Source: a virus
Length of the DNA stretch: 64,000 nucleotides
Direction: 5' to 3' (one strand)
IMG/VR virus record: IMGVR_UViG_3300037346_000220
Coordinates: 1 to 64,000 of that record
The position numbers and the translations under genes are program-made. The notes below the pieces were generated by a model. The model did not search any database. It saw only the letters and a list, made by a program, of their open reading frames with translations, and was not told the DNA's origin. Position 1 is the first letter of the stretch, and every line of letters starts with the position of its first letter. Of this stretch, positions 1-9,632 are shown piece by piece.

Positions 1-30
1 ACACCTAGCAGGAAAAATGATGATGGGCTG

Positions 31-726
31 TTGCTACCTCCCGAACCTGCCTCATGGCATATCCCAGAGTGGTACAAGAGTTTGGCTAAGTTTGAAAGAT
101 CAAACAGTGAAAAACAACTCTTCCCCGTAAACCACATAGGCACAGATGGCGCAGCCGTTGCAACAAAGCAATGCCCCCCATTCTTAGATGCTATGACAGC
201 AGGGTATCTCTACGTCCTAGAGGATGATCTAACAGTAGACATCGCAGACAACGGCCAACCAATACTCAGCTGGACAAAAGAACTGTTGCTGATTGACCAG
301 AGACCAACTCTAGAGCTACCAGTTCCTTATGGACATCATCCAATACACTACGGGTTTAAGATGAACTGGCATTACGAGACCCCACCAGGTTACTCTGTAC
401 TGATCACCCATCCGATGAACAGGTATGACTTGCCATTTACTGTGCAGTCAGGAATTGTAGAGTCCGACATCTGGGGACTACCTGTCTTTACAGCTTTTTT
501 CTTAAAGCTTGGTTTCCGTGGAGTGATCCCAAAGGGAACTCCTCTGTTCCAATTTATGCCATTCAAGAGGGATAACTGGGAAATGGATGTCAAGGACAAT
601 CACGAAGACATAGAGAAAGCAGACTTCGCTGCCGAGAGAAGGCGTATAAAGATTCATGGATACTACAAGTGGTTCGCATGGAGAAGAAAGATCTTTAGGT
701 CCAAGGAACCTAGGAGCCGAAAGTGA
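31..726 (+). CDS. Conserved phage beta-fold protein (DUF6065/dUTPase-like fold); probably starts upstream of the window
   Basis: Motifs KQCPPFLDAMTAGY, TPPGYSVLITHPMNR, IPKGTPLFQFMPFKR; paralog at 59278-59967; frame is open back to position 1. Confidence 0.6.
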   Translation: MLPPEPASWHIPEWYKSLAKFERSNSEKQLFPVNHIGTDGAAVATKQCPPFLDAMTAGYLYVLEDDLTVDIADNGQPILSWTKELLLIDQRPTLELPVPYGHHPIHYGFKMNWHYETPPGYSVLITHPMNRYDLPFTVQSGIVESDIWGLPVFTAFFLKLGFRGVIPKGTPLFQFMPFKRDNWEMDVKDNHEDIEKADFAAERRRIKIHGYYKWFAWRRKIFRSKEPRSRK

Positions 727-1580
727 AGAGAGAGCAAGACGTAATCTGTGTAGTTATCTATAGCTACAAAAGCTCAAACCTTTTAGACGTAGTAGAAACT
801 TTATATAAGAACACCTCTAACACTTCAGTGCTAGCAGTCACGGTATATGACCAACATCAGCTAAACAGAAAAGCAAAGTTCGAGGACTATGATCTCATGA
901 GCTATGAGCATGTGTTCTGGGATCACATGTATAGCCCTATAACCTACAAGAAGAAACATTCACAGCTAAATATGAATGAGTACATTCTGTTTATCTCTGA
1001 TGACGTAATGCTTCCAGTAGATTGGGACGTAACCTTAAAGCAGTTTATCAACGGTAGAGATGACATAGTAGTGTCAGGCTCAGGGAAGGCCTCAGTATCT
1101 ATAGAGGGGAAGTACTTTCTTAAGAATACCCCATCACATTCTGATAGCTTCTCTGTCTCAAACTATATAGATAGAAACCTTATCTTCTCTAAGGGTAAGC
1201 TATTTCATAAGCTAGAGTTTCCTACGTCGCTAAAGTACCTTGGTGAAGAAGAGTTCTTGTCTGTTGAGGTTATTAAGAACCAGGGAACAATCTTCTCATG
1301 TCCTTCAGATTTTTATGTAGACCTAGGAGTTAGAACTCTGGAGAATCTATACTGCCCCTTCTCTATAGAACACCACTACAATCAGTTCGTAGACTATGTC
1401 AAAAATCCTGAGGAAGACTTAGATCCAGTCACGGCCTTCTTTTCTTATCACAACCTAGACCCAAAGGAACTTAAGAGATTAGTGTATCAAATTGATGACG
1501 TGCTGTATGACCCTAACACAATGGAGATAGTAGACATTGGTGGAGAAAGATACGTAGATCACGTCAAGTCAATCTTCTGA
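723..1580 (+). CDS. Glycosyltransferase-like protein (GT-A fold, degenerate)
   Basis: N-terminal VVIYSY strand, YILFISDD (DxD-like) and GEEEFLS segment; context of modification genes. Confidence 0.5.
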   Translation: MKREQDVICVVIYSYKSSNLLDVVETLYKNTSNTSVLAVTVYDQHQLNRKAKFEDYDLMSYEHVFWDHMYSPITYKKKHSQLNMNEYILFISDDVMLPVDWDVTLKQFINGRDDIVVSGSGKASVSIEGKYFLKNTPSHSDSFSVSNYIDRNLIFSKGKLFHKLEFPTSLKYLGEEEFLSVEVIKNQGTIFSCPSDFYVDLGVRTLENLYCPFSIEHHYNQFVDYVKNPEEDLDPVTAFFSYHNLDPKELKRLVYQIDDVLYDPNTMEIVDIGGERYVDHVKSIF

Positions 1581-1605
1581 TCCGTGCTATAATTATAAAA
1601 GAGAG

Positions 1606-2214
1606 GTGACCATGCCAAACCACATACACATCATAGATAATTTTATTACTGAAGAAGACGCTTTGGTAATGATAGACGAGCAGAACAATCCGTCTCAGAC
1701 TAAGCCCTACCCAGAGTACTATGCAGATAGATTTGGGGGAACAAACTTTCCATACAATGATCGTATCATGGAGATGCTAATTAAGTATGGCCACAAATCC
1801 AATGATGTGCATAGAGACCAGAATGGATTCGTAAACCCTATCTATGTATTCAAGGGCTTCGGCTCTAAGTGGAACAACGGAGCAAAGGGTGGCCTGCACA
1901 CGGATGCTCAAGATCCAGAGACATTCATAGAGTGGTCAACCATAATCTATTTGACAGATCCAGCTCAGTACGACGGAGGAGTTATATACTTCCCTAACCA
2001 AGGCCTTGAGTACAAGCCAAAGAAGTATTCAGCGGTATTCTTTCCTAGCGCAGGCACAGAGCACGTACACGGAATAACTCCTGTTACAGGAGGAGACAGA
2101 TACACTTGCCTATACATGCACACCTCATTACCAAAGCATGCTGATCCAGACTTCCATCCATCTGCCCCAATGGAGACTTGGCAAGCAGGCGAATATCCCC
2201 TAGCAAAGCTCTAG
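1606..2214 (+). CDS. 2OG-Fe(II) oxygenase, prolyl-4-hydroxylase-like
   Basis: HTD iron ligands, IIYL..YDGG.IYFP, distal HGITPV..G.RY. Confidence 0.85.
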   Translation: MTMPNHIHIIDNFITEEDALVMIDEQNNPSQTKPYPEYYADRFGGTNFPYNDRIMEMLIKYGHKSNDVHRDQNGFVNPIYVFKGFGSKWNNGAKGGLHTDAQDPETFIEWSTIIYLTDPAQYDGGVIYFPNQGLEYKPKKYSAVFFPSAGTEHVHGITPVTGGDRYTCLYMHTSLPKHADPDFHPSAPMETWQAGEYPLAKL

Positions 2215-2217
2215 GAC

Positions 2218-3132
2218 ATGTTTAAGGACACTCAGAACTCTCCCCAGCGCATGGAGAAGTATGGAAAAGACCAAAAGTCTTACCAGTCTTCAGAACTTAA
2301 GAGCAAAGAAAATAAAGATCTAATAGATAGAACATTTAAAAACCTGTCTGAGAAGAACCCCCAGGAGATAGGGGCTAACAGGGCAAGCCCATTCTCTGTT
2401 TATATAACTAACCAATACTGCAAAGAATATGGTATCAGCTTTGAGAAAGATCTGTACAACTTAAATGCTCAGGGTCTAAGGTCCGAGGAGTTCACGGCTA
2501 CTCACGAAGGTAGGCATATACTTTTCGCAGGCTGCTCTGTAGCTTTTGGAGAGGGGATTCCTCTAGAGTATTCTTGGGCACACAAGGTATACAGTGAGAT
2601 CTCAAATACGGAAAAGACTTCTGGGTATTTTAATGTTGCTCAAACAGGGGCCTCCTCTAATTTTATAATTATTCAGGTTTTGAAGTATATAGAAAAGTAC
2701 GGGGTACCAGACTCTTTGTTCGTAATGTTACCAGATGCACAGAGAGAGCATGGATACTCTGAAAACCCAGAGTTAACACAAACCTTAACGGCAAATCTCT
2801 ATCAGCTGATGTACGATCGCATTGTAAATAAAGGTGGAGATGTGATCACCTGCACATGGGATGATAGAATTAACGATGGGTACATGGGTAAAGACTTAGC
2901 CCTAGAGACTGATGCTCGTAAAGCAATACCAGGGCTCTACAAGTTCGATACCGTAAAGCATAAGCACAAGCACATGTTTGATTACGACAAAGATTATCAG
3001 AGAGTTGGCCACTGGATAGAGAACCACATTCTCCACGCCATGGATGATGGTCACCCTGGTACAGCTGAGCATGACTTTTACTATAACTTTATGTACGGGG
3101 TATACAAGAAGATCACAGAGGACAAGTCATGA
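2218..3132 (+). CDS. SGNH-hydrolase-like protein
   Basis: AGCSVAFGEG block I, GASS, C-terminal DDGHPG; paralog at 40963-41853. Confidence 0.55.
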   Translation: MFKDTQNSPQRMEKYGKDQKSYQSSELKSKENKDLIDRTFKNLSEKNPQEIGANRASPFSVYITNQYCKEYGISFEKDLYNLNAQGLRSEEFTATHEGRHILFAGCSVAFGEGIPLEYSWAHKVYSEISNTEKTSGYFNVAQTGASSNFIIIQVLKYIEKYGVPDSLFVMLPDAQREHGYSENPELTQTLTANLYQLMYDRIVNKGGDVITCTWDDRINDGYMGKDLALETDARKAIPGLYKFDTVKHKHKHMFDYDKDYQRVGHWIENHILHAMDDGHPGTAEHDFYYNFMYGVYKKITEDKS

Positions 3133-3218
3133 TAAAGCGTATACTAAAGAAGATAAGATTTAAGGTTTGGAAGTTTAAAAATAGGAAGGCTTTAGGGCCT
3201 AGAAAGTACATATACTAA
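3129..3218 (+). CDS. 29-aa basic micro-protein (MIKRILKKIRFKVWKFKNRKALGPRKYIY), not in ORF track
   Basis: Fills the gap exactly: start overlaps the upstream stop (ATGA) and stop abuts the carbamoyltransferase ATG. Confidence 0.6.
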   Translation: MIKRILKKIRFKVWKFKNRKALGPRKYIY

Positions 3219-4655
3219 ATGATCATATTGGGGATTAACGAAACGACGCATGATGCTTCAGCTACTCTTATCAGCGATGAGAGAATACTGTTCGCAGGCC
3301 ACGCAGAAAGATATAGCAAAGAAAAGAATGATTGGTTTATCAACAAGGAGCTAATAGATAACGCTTTGCAGTATGGTAAGCCAGAGCTCATAGCTTACTA
3401 CGAAAAGCCAAAGCTAAAGAAGCTTAGGATAGCCACCCACGGTGGCCTTGGCGGTGACGAACCAAAGTTCTCACAGCACCCAGCCCTGGAGGGAATACCA
3501 GTAAAGTATTTTAAGCATCACTACTCTCATGCAGCTGCAGGGTACTACACGAGCAAGTTTGACGATGCTGCAATTGTAGTCCTTGACTCTATCGGAGAGT
3601 TTAACACTTCAACTATCTGGGCTGGCGAGGGAGAGATCATAAGGAAAGTCTATGGCAAGAACTACCCATTTAGTTTTGGACTGTTCTACTCAGCATTCAC
3701 ACAACTCATAGGGCTAAAGCCTAACGAGGAAGAGTACATCCTGATGGGCATGGCAGCTTATGGAGATGCAAATAAGTATTACAGTAGGGTAGCAGAGTAC
3801 TTCCCCAGAACCTTTAAGCAAAAGTATAGCTTTCATAAGGGCATCTATGACTGGGGAGACGTAGGGTCTACTGCCAATAAGTATGATATCGCAGCAGCCG
3901 TTCAGAAAGTTTATGAGGACAGGCTAAGAGAGTTCATGAGGTTTGCCTTAAAGAAAACTGGAAAAAGTAATTTAGTATTCATGGGCGGCTGCGCACTGAA
4001 TGCGTCAGCTAACACCCTGCTGTGGGATATATTCTCAAATGTTTGGATCATGCCTAATCCAGGTGACGCTGGTAGCTCTCTAGGGGCTGCAGCAGCAGCA
4101 TACGGTAGGCATCTATCATGGGAAACTCCATACCTAGGAACAAACCTAAGGGGCAAGTATCCAGTCAAAGAAGCTTTAGCAGCAATACTTTCGACAGGCG
4201 TTGCCCCCGTTGCCAATGGAAGAGCAGAGTTCGGACCAAGAGCCCTAGGAAACAGAAGCATTCTGGCAGACCCCAGAGACCCTAACATAAAGGATAAGGT
4301 CAATAAGATAAAGAAGCGTGATAGATTTAGGCCCTTCGCCCCAGTAGTTTTAGAAGAGCATGCCAGTGAGTGGTTTGACCTGCCAGCCACGTCTCCTTAT
4401 ATGCAGTACACGGTGAAGTGCTTGCAGCCTTCTAGGGTCCCCTCTGTGGTCCACCATGACGGTACGTCCAGGGTACAAACAATTAACCGTAAACAAAACC
4501 CAGGTCTCTATGACCTCATAAAAGAGTTCTATAGGAGAACAGGTGTCCCCATGCTTCTAAACACTAGCCTAAACGTAAAAGGTCAGCCTCTACTTAATGA
4601 CGAGCATGATATAATTGAATGGGAAAAGGCCTATGGCCAGAAGGTGATAAGGTAA
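3219..4655 (+). CDS. Carbamoyltransferase (NodU/CmcH/TobZ family)
   Basis: HDAS, ERYSKEK, HHYSHAA, GGCALN, PGDAGSSLGAA, EFGPRALGNRSIL, RPFAP, NTSLN. Confidence 0.95.
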   Translation: MIILGINETTHDASATLISDERILFAGHAERYSKEKNDWFINKELIDNALQYGKPELIAYYEKPKLKKLRIATHGGLGGDEPKFSQHPALEGIPVKYFKHHYSHAAAGYYTSKFDDAAIVVLDSIGEFNTSTIWAGEGEIIRKVYGKNYPFSFGLFYSAFTQLIGLKPNEEEYILMGMAAYGDANKYYSRVAEYFPRTFKQKYSFHKGIYDWGDVGSTANKYDIAAAVQKVYEDRLREFMRFALKKTGKSNLVFMGGCALNASANTLLWDIFSNVWIMPNPGDAGSSLGAAAAAYGRHLSWETPYLGTNLRGKYPVKEALAAILSTGVAPVANGRAEFGPRALGNRSILADPRDPNIKDKVNKIKKRDRFRPFAPVVLEEHASEWFDLPATSPYMQYTVKCLQPSRVPSVVHHDGTSRVQTINRKQNPGLYDLIKEFYRRTGVPMLLNTSLNVKGQPLLNDEHDIIEWEKAYGQKVIR

Positions 4656-5314
4656 TGAGCAACATAGAATTCGAAGTCTTAGACTTAGGCTTAGTCTTAT
4701 ATCGTAAGATGATTCCAAATGCAGGGAAGGTTATAGTCCTAGCTAATAGCCTTGCAGAAAGATTCGTAGCTGGAGAGCACGGAGACAGTTACACGAGGAT
4801 AAAAGACTGGGAACCTTGGTGGGATGATCACATGCCAAAACCATTCAACCATAAGTTTTATGTATATAGACACAGGGATATTTCTGATAACGATTACTAT
4901 AGGAAAGAGTTAATAGAGATCGCAGATTCACTCTACGGATCACTAGACACTGCTTTAGAACACTACTTTACCTTATATCCCTGGGCAAGGGCTTCCGTAA
5001 AAGGGGAGGAGCAGCTTGACGGCATTCTCAGATATGATGAAGACGGTGGACACCTCCCAGCTCATCAAGACCTTGGTGTCAGCAGCCGTCTAATCTCAAC
5101 TGTTAGCTACTTAAATGACAATTACGACGGTGGAGAAATAGAATTCAGGCAGTCAAACGTAGTCATTAAGCCAGTAGTAGGAGACATAGTCTTCTTTCCA
5201 TCAAACTATCTGTACGTACATGAGGTTATGGCCACAAAAAATGGTACCAGATATTCAATGCCTCACTGGTTTCACAGCCAAAAGAAGATCCAGGAGTCAA
5301 CTGGGGAAGAGTAG
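4655..5314 (+). CDS. 2OG-Fe(II) oxygenase, prolyl-4-hydroxylase-like
   Basis: HQD, SYLNDNYDGGEIEF, FPSNYLYVHEV...GTRYS; start moved to the ATG overlapping the upstream TAA. Confidence 0.88.
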   Translation: MSNIEFEVLDLGLVLYRKMIPNAGKVIVLANSLAERFVAGEHGDSYTRIKDWEPWWDDHMPKPFNHKFYVYRHRDISDNDYYRKELIEIADSLYGSLDTALEHYFTLYPWARASVKGEEQLDGILRYDEDGGHLPAHQDLGVSSRLISTVSYLNDNYDGGEIEFRQSNVVIKPVVGDIVFFPSNYLYVHEVMATKNGTRYSMPHWFHSQKKIQESTGEE

Positions 5315-5357
5315 GGCCCCCAGTGTGCTACAATTAGTATATAAACAAGGAGACATT

Positions 5358-6158
5358 ATTAACACTTATCAACAGCCTATCGATGGCGTATACGGCAAAG
5401 ACTGGAAGATTTCAAGTAAGATGGGTTGGAGAATCCACCCAATTCATAAGACTAAGAAGCACCATAACGGTACGGACATCATAAGCCTCAAGAGGGGCAC
5501 AACCTACGTAGAGGCTTTCGCCAATGGCCGTGTAGTCAAGGCACGTCAATCCAACGCAGCTGGCGGAGGCTTCGGCTATTACGTAGTCCTGAGGCATTAC
5601 TTAGACGGAGAATATTATACATCTCTGTATGCACACCTTGAACCCAACTCTTTTCAGGTAAAGGTTGGGCAACTAATCTCGGCTGGAGATGTCCTAGGGA
5701 AAATGGGAACATCGGGGATGAGTACAGGAAAGCACTTACACTTTGAAATATGGAAGGGAAAGAAGCACGGATGGTCCTCTGATGGTAAAGGCTTCGTTGA
5801 GCCAGTTGGCTTTATTAAGGCCCTGAACGCTGCTGAAGAGGCTAAGAATTATGCCAATAAGTCAACTCCAGAAACTGATCCAGTGGCCCCAGTAGCTGTC
5901 CACGAGCCAGTCAAGAGAACCTCCTCATCAACCTCTCCAGAGAGAGCAGCAGTCAAGACGGTCAAGGTTGTTCTAGTTCCGAAAGCTGCAAAGCCAAAGG
6001 TTGCAAAAGTAGCCAAGAAGGTGTATACTGTTAAGAGTGGAGACTCTCTGTCTAAAATTGCAAAAGCAAACGAGACAACAGTAGCTACTCTTAAAAAGCT
6101 TAACGGGATAAAGAATGTTAATATTATTAGCATCGGCCAGAAGATTAAGCTTTCCTAA
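5358..6158 (+). CDS. Endolysin: M23 peptidase plus Lys/Ala/Pro linker plus C-terminal LysM; start uncertain (possible ATT)
   Basis: HNGTD, YAHL, HLHFE (M23); YTVKSGDSLSKIA...LKKLNGI (LysM); RBS AAGGAG at 5347-5352. Confidence 0.9.
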   Translation: MNTYQQPIDGVYGKDWKISSKMGWRIHPIHKTKKHHNGTDIISLKRGTTYVEAFANGRVVKARQSNAAGGGFGYYVVLRHYLDGEYYTSLYAHLEPNSFQVKVGQLISAGDVLGKMGTSGMSTGKHLHFEIWKGKKHGWSSDGKGFVEPVGFIKALNAAEEAKNYANKSTPETDPVAPVAVHEPVKRTSSSTSPERAAVKTVKVVLVPKAAKPKVAKVAKKVYTVKSGDSLSKIAKANETTVATLKKLNGIKNVNIISIGQKIKLS

Positions 6159-6173
6159 CAGAAAGACAATTAC

Positions 6174-6350
6174 TTGGCAACCTACGAATATCTCTGCCCA
6201 GACTGCTCCATCGGCAAAGTCATAGCCAGATCTATGCTAGAGGCTGAGAAGCCAATTTTCTGTACATCATGTAAGTCACTAATGATGAGAGTATTTTCAT
6301 CTCCAGGAGTAAAATTCAATGGCAGTGGATTCTACAGTACAGATAAGTAG
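6174..6350 (+). CDS. FmdB-family zinc-ribbon protein (not in ORF track)
   Basis: TTG start, MATYEYLCPDC...CTSC...MRVFSSPGVKFNGSGFYSTDK. Confidence 0.85.
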   Translation: MATYEYLCPDCSIGKVIARSMLEAEKPIFCTSCKSLMMRVFSSPGVKFNGSGFYSTDK

Positions 6351-6861
6351 TATTGAACATTGGCCTGTTTGCCAATCCTTTGATCCCATGATGTTCTTGC
6401 CAGAGAAGTATGACCTTATGGGTCAGGACTCTCCACTAAGTAGTTATTGCTCAGCTCCCAGTTACTACTACAAGAATGGAACCAAGGGAGAAAGCTACCT
6501 ATGTGACTTCCACTACTTCTATCAGGCCTTGTCTATCTCTGAACAAGAAAGAAATGAAGTCTTTTCTGTAGTTGTATCCAACGAAGAGAAGATTATGGAA
6601 GAATTTGCAAATTCCCCAGAGACTCCAAGACCAGACTTAAAGTGCTTCTCCTGTGGCAAAGATGCTCTAGTCTTCTTGTATTGTAACAAAGCTCTCGTCA
6701 ACAGGTCTTGCAACTTTCATTATAGAAAAATACATTATAGAATGCAATCCAACGGACTAACCTATACAGACGTTGCAGGCTACGAACCAGACATCCTAGA
6801 CTTTAGGTCCACGGCAATTAACTCTATCAAAGAGGATTACTCAGACATAAGAGTCTTGTAA
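6319..6861 (+). CDS. Hypothetical Cys/His-containing protein (true start probably downstream)
   Basis: Two C..C / CxFH clusters; listed start overlaps the FmdB gene. Confidence 0.55.
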   Translation: MAVDSTVQISSIEHWPVCQSFDPMMFLPEKYDLMGQDSPLSSYCSAPSYYYKNGTKGESYLCDFHYFYQALSISEQERNEVFSVVVSNEEKIMEEFANSPETPRPDLKCFSCGKDALVFLYCNKALVNRSCNFHYRKIHYRMQSNGLTYTDVAGYEPDILDFRSTAINSIKEDYSDIRVL

Positions 6862-6900
6862 TAGCTTGCAAATGCGATTAACCTAAGGTACAATAGTAGT

Positions 6901-7143
6901 ATGATAACTACAGAGACCCCAGAAACATACACGCTAACTGCCAATGACCGCTGCGACTCTGATTGCACAGCCCAAGCTTATATACAAGTTACGGGGGTAT
7001 CAGGGGACCTAACCTTCTGCGTCCACCACTATGAAAAGATAATGTCTAGCCCCACAGGCTATGAAAAAATGATGAAGTTCGGATTTGAGTTTTTAGACGA
7101 GAGATCCAGGCTCGTAGAGAATCGTCTCCAGGGTGAAAACTAA
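6901..7143 (+). CDS. Small actinobacterial-type Zn-binding hypothetical protein, leaderless
   Basis: DRCD..C.AQAY...FCVHH; promoter TTGCAA-17-TACAAT ending 6 nt before the ATG. Confidence 0.75.
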   Translation: MITTETPETYTLTANDRCDSDCTAQAYIQVTGVSGDLTFCVHHYEKIMSSPTGYEKMMKFGFEFLDERSRLVENRLQGEN

Positions 7144-7476
7144 GTGGGAGAAGAAGCTATGAACGACATAGACCTAATGATCTTAAACGGAGCAGTAGAA
7201 GTGGTAGGCGTTGACGAGAACGGGGAGTTCCTTTATCAGTTCACTGAGAAGATGCACGAGCTCTTCCCTGATTTTAAAAGTACGTTAGATGAACTATTCC
7301 TGCAGGAGATTGACACCCTATGGCTTAAGGGCTTTATAGATATGGATATAGCTTTAACAAACCCTGCTGTGAGCCTGACCTCCTCGGCTTACGACGAAGC
7401 GATGATCTCCATATTGCCCGACAGACTACGCACAGCTCTAAATCACATTAAACGTGTTCTGGAAAATGGTCTGTAA
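7144..7476 (+). CDS. Hypothetical protein
   Basis: ORF abutting upstream gene. Confidence 0.7.
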   Translation: MGEEAMNDIDLMILNGAVEVVGVDENGEFLYQFTEKMHELFPDFKSTLDELFLQEIDTLWLKGFIDMDIALTNPAVSLTSSAYDEAMISILPDRLRTALNHIKRVLENGL

Positions 7477-7509
7477 AATAATGTATAATAGTTATGGAGG
7501 ATAAATACT

Positions 7510-7956
7510 ATGGATTTTTTAATGGGTGCAACCAGCGCAAGCCTAGCTATCTTCCTGTCCTACAAGGTTATAAGCAGGGCCATCTGGGACTCACAAGTAT
7601 ATCCGCTTAAGATTAAAAATTATCAAAGCCACAAGCATCAGACACTTGTTAACGCAGGGTATAATTTAAGGTGGATGGATGACGAAGAGTCCCCTTTGCT
7701 AAAGACACAGGCAACCGATTTCCACGACAGCCAGGCCATCAGAATCCTGATCGTAGAGGCAAAAGCTTACTGGATAGATAGGCATATTCTATATGCAGCA
7801 GATGTAGTCAACGGAGATATGGACCAGAATACAGCTAAACCTATTGACACTATGGTGTTAGATAAGGTACAATTAGATAAGATAATGTTTGTTGTTGACA
7901 AACTGACAGAGAGGTACAACGGTGAAGATAGCGATCCAGGGAAACAAGGCTTTTGA
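7510..7956 (+). CDS. Hypothetical protein with N-terminal hydrophobic anchor
   Basis: GGAGG RBS; hydrophobic N-terminus. Confidence 0.7.
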   Translation: MDFLMGATSASLAIFLSYKVISRAIWDSQVYPLKIKNYQSHKHQTLVNAGYNLRWMDDEESPLLKTQATDFHDSQAIRILIVEAKAYWIDRHILYAADVVNGDMDQNTAKPIDTMVLDKVQLDKIMFVVDKLTERYNGEDSDPGKQGF

Positions 7957-8278
7957 CAGCTATGAAATCTTTCTGCGAGCTATGGGAACAGCCCTTAACG
8001 CTTTAAGCAAAACAGAAGACAAAGAGTTCTTGGTGTTTACTGCAGGGCCAATGAAAATCAGCGACATGGCGAGAGGCTTCCTAAACATATCCGAAGACAC
8101 CTTGAGATCTCACGGAGTAAAGTCTAAGCTAATCAAGGTTCCTCCTAAATGGATTAAAGACCACCTGCCTGAAATCGAGTACATGATTTATTTTGCTATG
8201 CCTAGAGAGCCTCTTCCAGAGATTATAGAGCTATGCAATAAAAAAGACATGGATAATTTAGTATATCGTCAGTATTAA
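7922..8278 (+). CDS. Hypothetical protein (weak resemblance to YspA/SLOG-like N-terminus)
   Basis: MKIAIQGNKAFDSY start. Confidence 0.55.
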   Translation: MKIAIQGNKAFDSYEIFLRAMGTALNALSKTEDKEFLVFTAGPMKISDMARGFLNISEDTLRSHGVKSKLIKVPPKWIKDHLPEIEYMIYFAMPREPLPEIIELCNKKDMDNLVYRQY

Positions 8279-8332
8279 AGAACTCTGAACGGATATGTTC
8301 AGAATATATAAAAAATAACCAAATAGTAATAG

Positions 8333-8551
8333 GTGACTAAGATGATAATTTCATCACTGAAACAAATGGATAGCATAGTAAAGAGCAACAGGAGCCTCGC
8401 CTGGGACGGTTGGGACGTAGTAAAGAGGGTTCCTGCAGCAACTGCATGGAAGTCTCCTAGCGGAGTGTTCGTGAAAAATAGGTGGTACCTTCAGAATAGG
8501 TTCAAGCTTATGGAGAACGGATGGAAGATCCCAGATAAGCTTGTGGGCTAA
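8333..8551 (+). CDS. Hypothetical protein
   Basis: Stop overlaps the whiB start (TAATG). Confidence 0.7.
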   Translation: MTKMIISSLKQMDSIVKSNRSLAWDGWDVVKRVPAATAWKSPSGVFVKNRWYLQNRFKLMENGWKIPDKLVG

Positions 8552-8841
8552 TGGCAGACAAGAACGCATGGAAAGACAGCTCAGCTTGCGAAGCTTATGA
8601 TGTTAACTTATTCTTTGATAAGTATGAAGAGAATGAACAGCTACGTCCAGCAATAGAGAACGTCTGCGCTGCTTGTCCAGTAAGGCGTGAGTGCTTTGCT
8701 AATGGAATATCAAACAAGGAGTATGGAGTTTGGGGAGGTATCTACCTTGAGAAAGGTAAAATATCTAGAGAGTTCGGCAGGCATCGTAATAAAAAAGCTT
8801 GGGCGCAAGTCTGGAAAAAGCTAACGATGGATGGGACATAG
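8551..8841 (+). CDS. whiB: WhiB-family Fe-S transcription factor
   Basis: W...AC....LFF...C..CPVRREC...GVWGG: four Cys plus the GVWGG turn. Confidence 0.95.
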   Translation: MADKNAWKDSSACEAYDVNLFFDKYEENEQLRPAIENVCAACPVRRECFANGISNKEYGVWGGIYLEKGKISREFGRHRNKKAWAQVWKKLTMDGT

Positions 8842-9088
8842 GATGTATACTTCCGAAATGAAGAGAGCCTTCAGATCTCTAGACAGCCACTGCCCTAGGG
8901 GCTTTTCCCTTAAGGTAATGGACAATGAGCACTTCTTAACAATAGCAGCAGAAGAGAAAGTTTTTATGAAGCTACCCTCAGACCTAAAGAGATCTGCCAT
9001 AGAGTATATGTCTAGGGTTAAGAAAGCTCTAGAGGATAACGGTGCTATTGTGCTGCTTATCAGAGAAGGTGGGAAGGAGGAGCTATGA
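8831..9088 (+). CDS. Hypothetical protein
   Basis: ORF coupled to whiB. Confidence 0.7.
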   Translation: MGHRMYTSEMKRAFRSLDSHCPRGFSLKVMDNEHFLTIAAEEKVFMKLPSDLKRSAIEYMSRVKKALEDNGAIVLLIREGGKEEL

Positions 9089-9246
9089 GCAAAGAGTTAA
9101 GTGAAGCCCAGGTAGAGGTTGTGACCTCGTTACTGAACCATGGAGCCAAGACAGAAAGAGAGCGAATTCTTTTGATAGTAAATAACCTTGAAGATCAGAT
9201 AGACAAGCACTCGTTGTTGTCTGCGATTGACGAAGGTATATCATGA
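9085..9246 (+). CDS. Small hypothetical protein with GxxxERxRI motif (not in ORF track)
   Basis: AGGAGG RBS, ATGA overlaps at both ends; MSKELSEAQ...HGAKTERERILL. Confidence 0.7.
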   Translation: MSKELSEAQVEVVTSLLNHGAKTERERILLIVNNLEDQIDKHSLLSAIDEGIS

Positions 9247-9632
9247 TAGATATCATCTTACAGACCACGGCCATAACTTTAGTGGCCTCGTTGACATCCG
9301 CATTCGTTGTCATAAAGCTTAAGCTTAATAAATCCAGGGAAGAGATCAAGGCAGAGATGTCTAGAAGCTTTCTTCTGATGGATGAGCTAGGTAAGGCTAA
9401 CGACCGAGAAGCCCAAGCAAAGCTTGAAAAAACAGATGGTTTCGTAAAGTTTTTATCAGATTCACGTGACTGGTCATTTACTTACATCGAGAATGTCCAG
9501 CAGGCTATTCAGGGATTAGTCAAAGCCATGAAAGCAAATGACAAAGCTAAAATCCTCGAGTCCTATAATGAGCTACAAAATTTTCTTCCAACGGAAGAAG
9601 ACTCAAATAAAAAACAAGGAGACACAAAATGA
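9243..9632 (+). CDS. Membrane-anchored coiled-coil protein
   Basis: N-terminal TM helix, heptad-like body. Confidence 0.65.
   Translation: MIDIILQTTAITLVASLTSAFVVIKLKLNKSREEIKAEMSRSFLLMDELGKANDREAQAKLEKTDGFVKFLSDSRDWSFTYIENVQQAIQGLVKAMKANDKAKILESYNELQNFLPTEEDSNKKQGDTK

Noticed and set aside
3911-4390. Antisense or alternate-frame ORFs inside real genes (e.g. 3911-4390, 9762-9989, 14274-14654, 36011-36394, 53174-53470, 55170-55451)
   Set aside because: Shadows of codon-biased or repetitive genes, with no independent promoter/RBS or recognisable motifs
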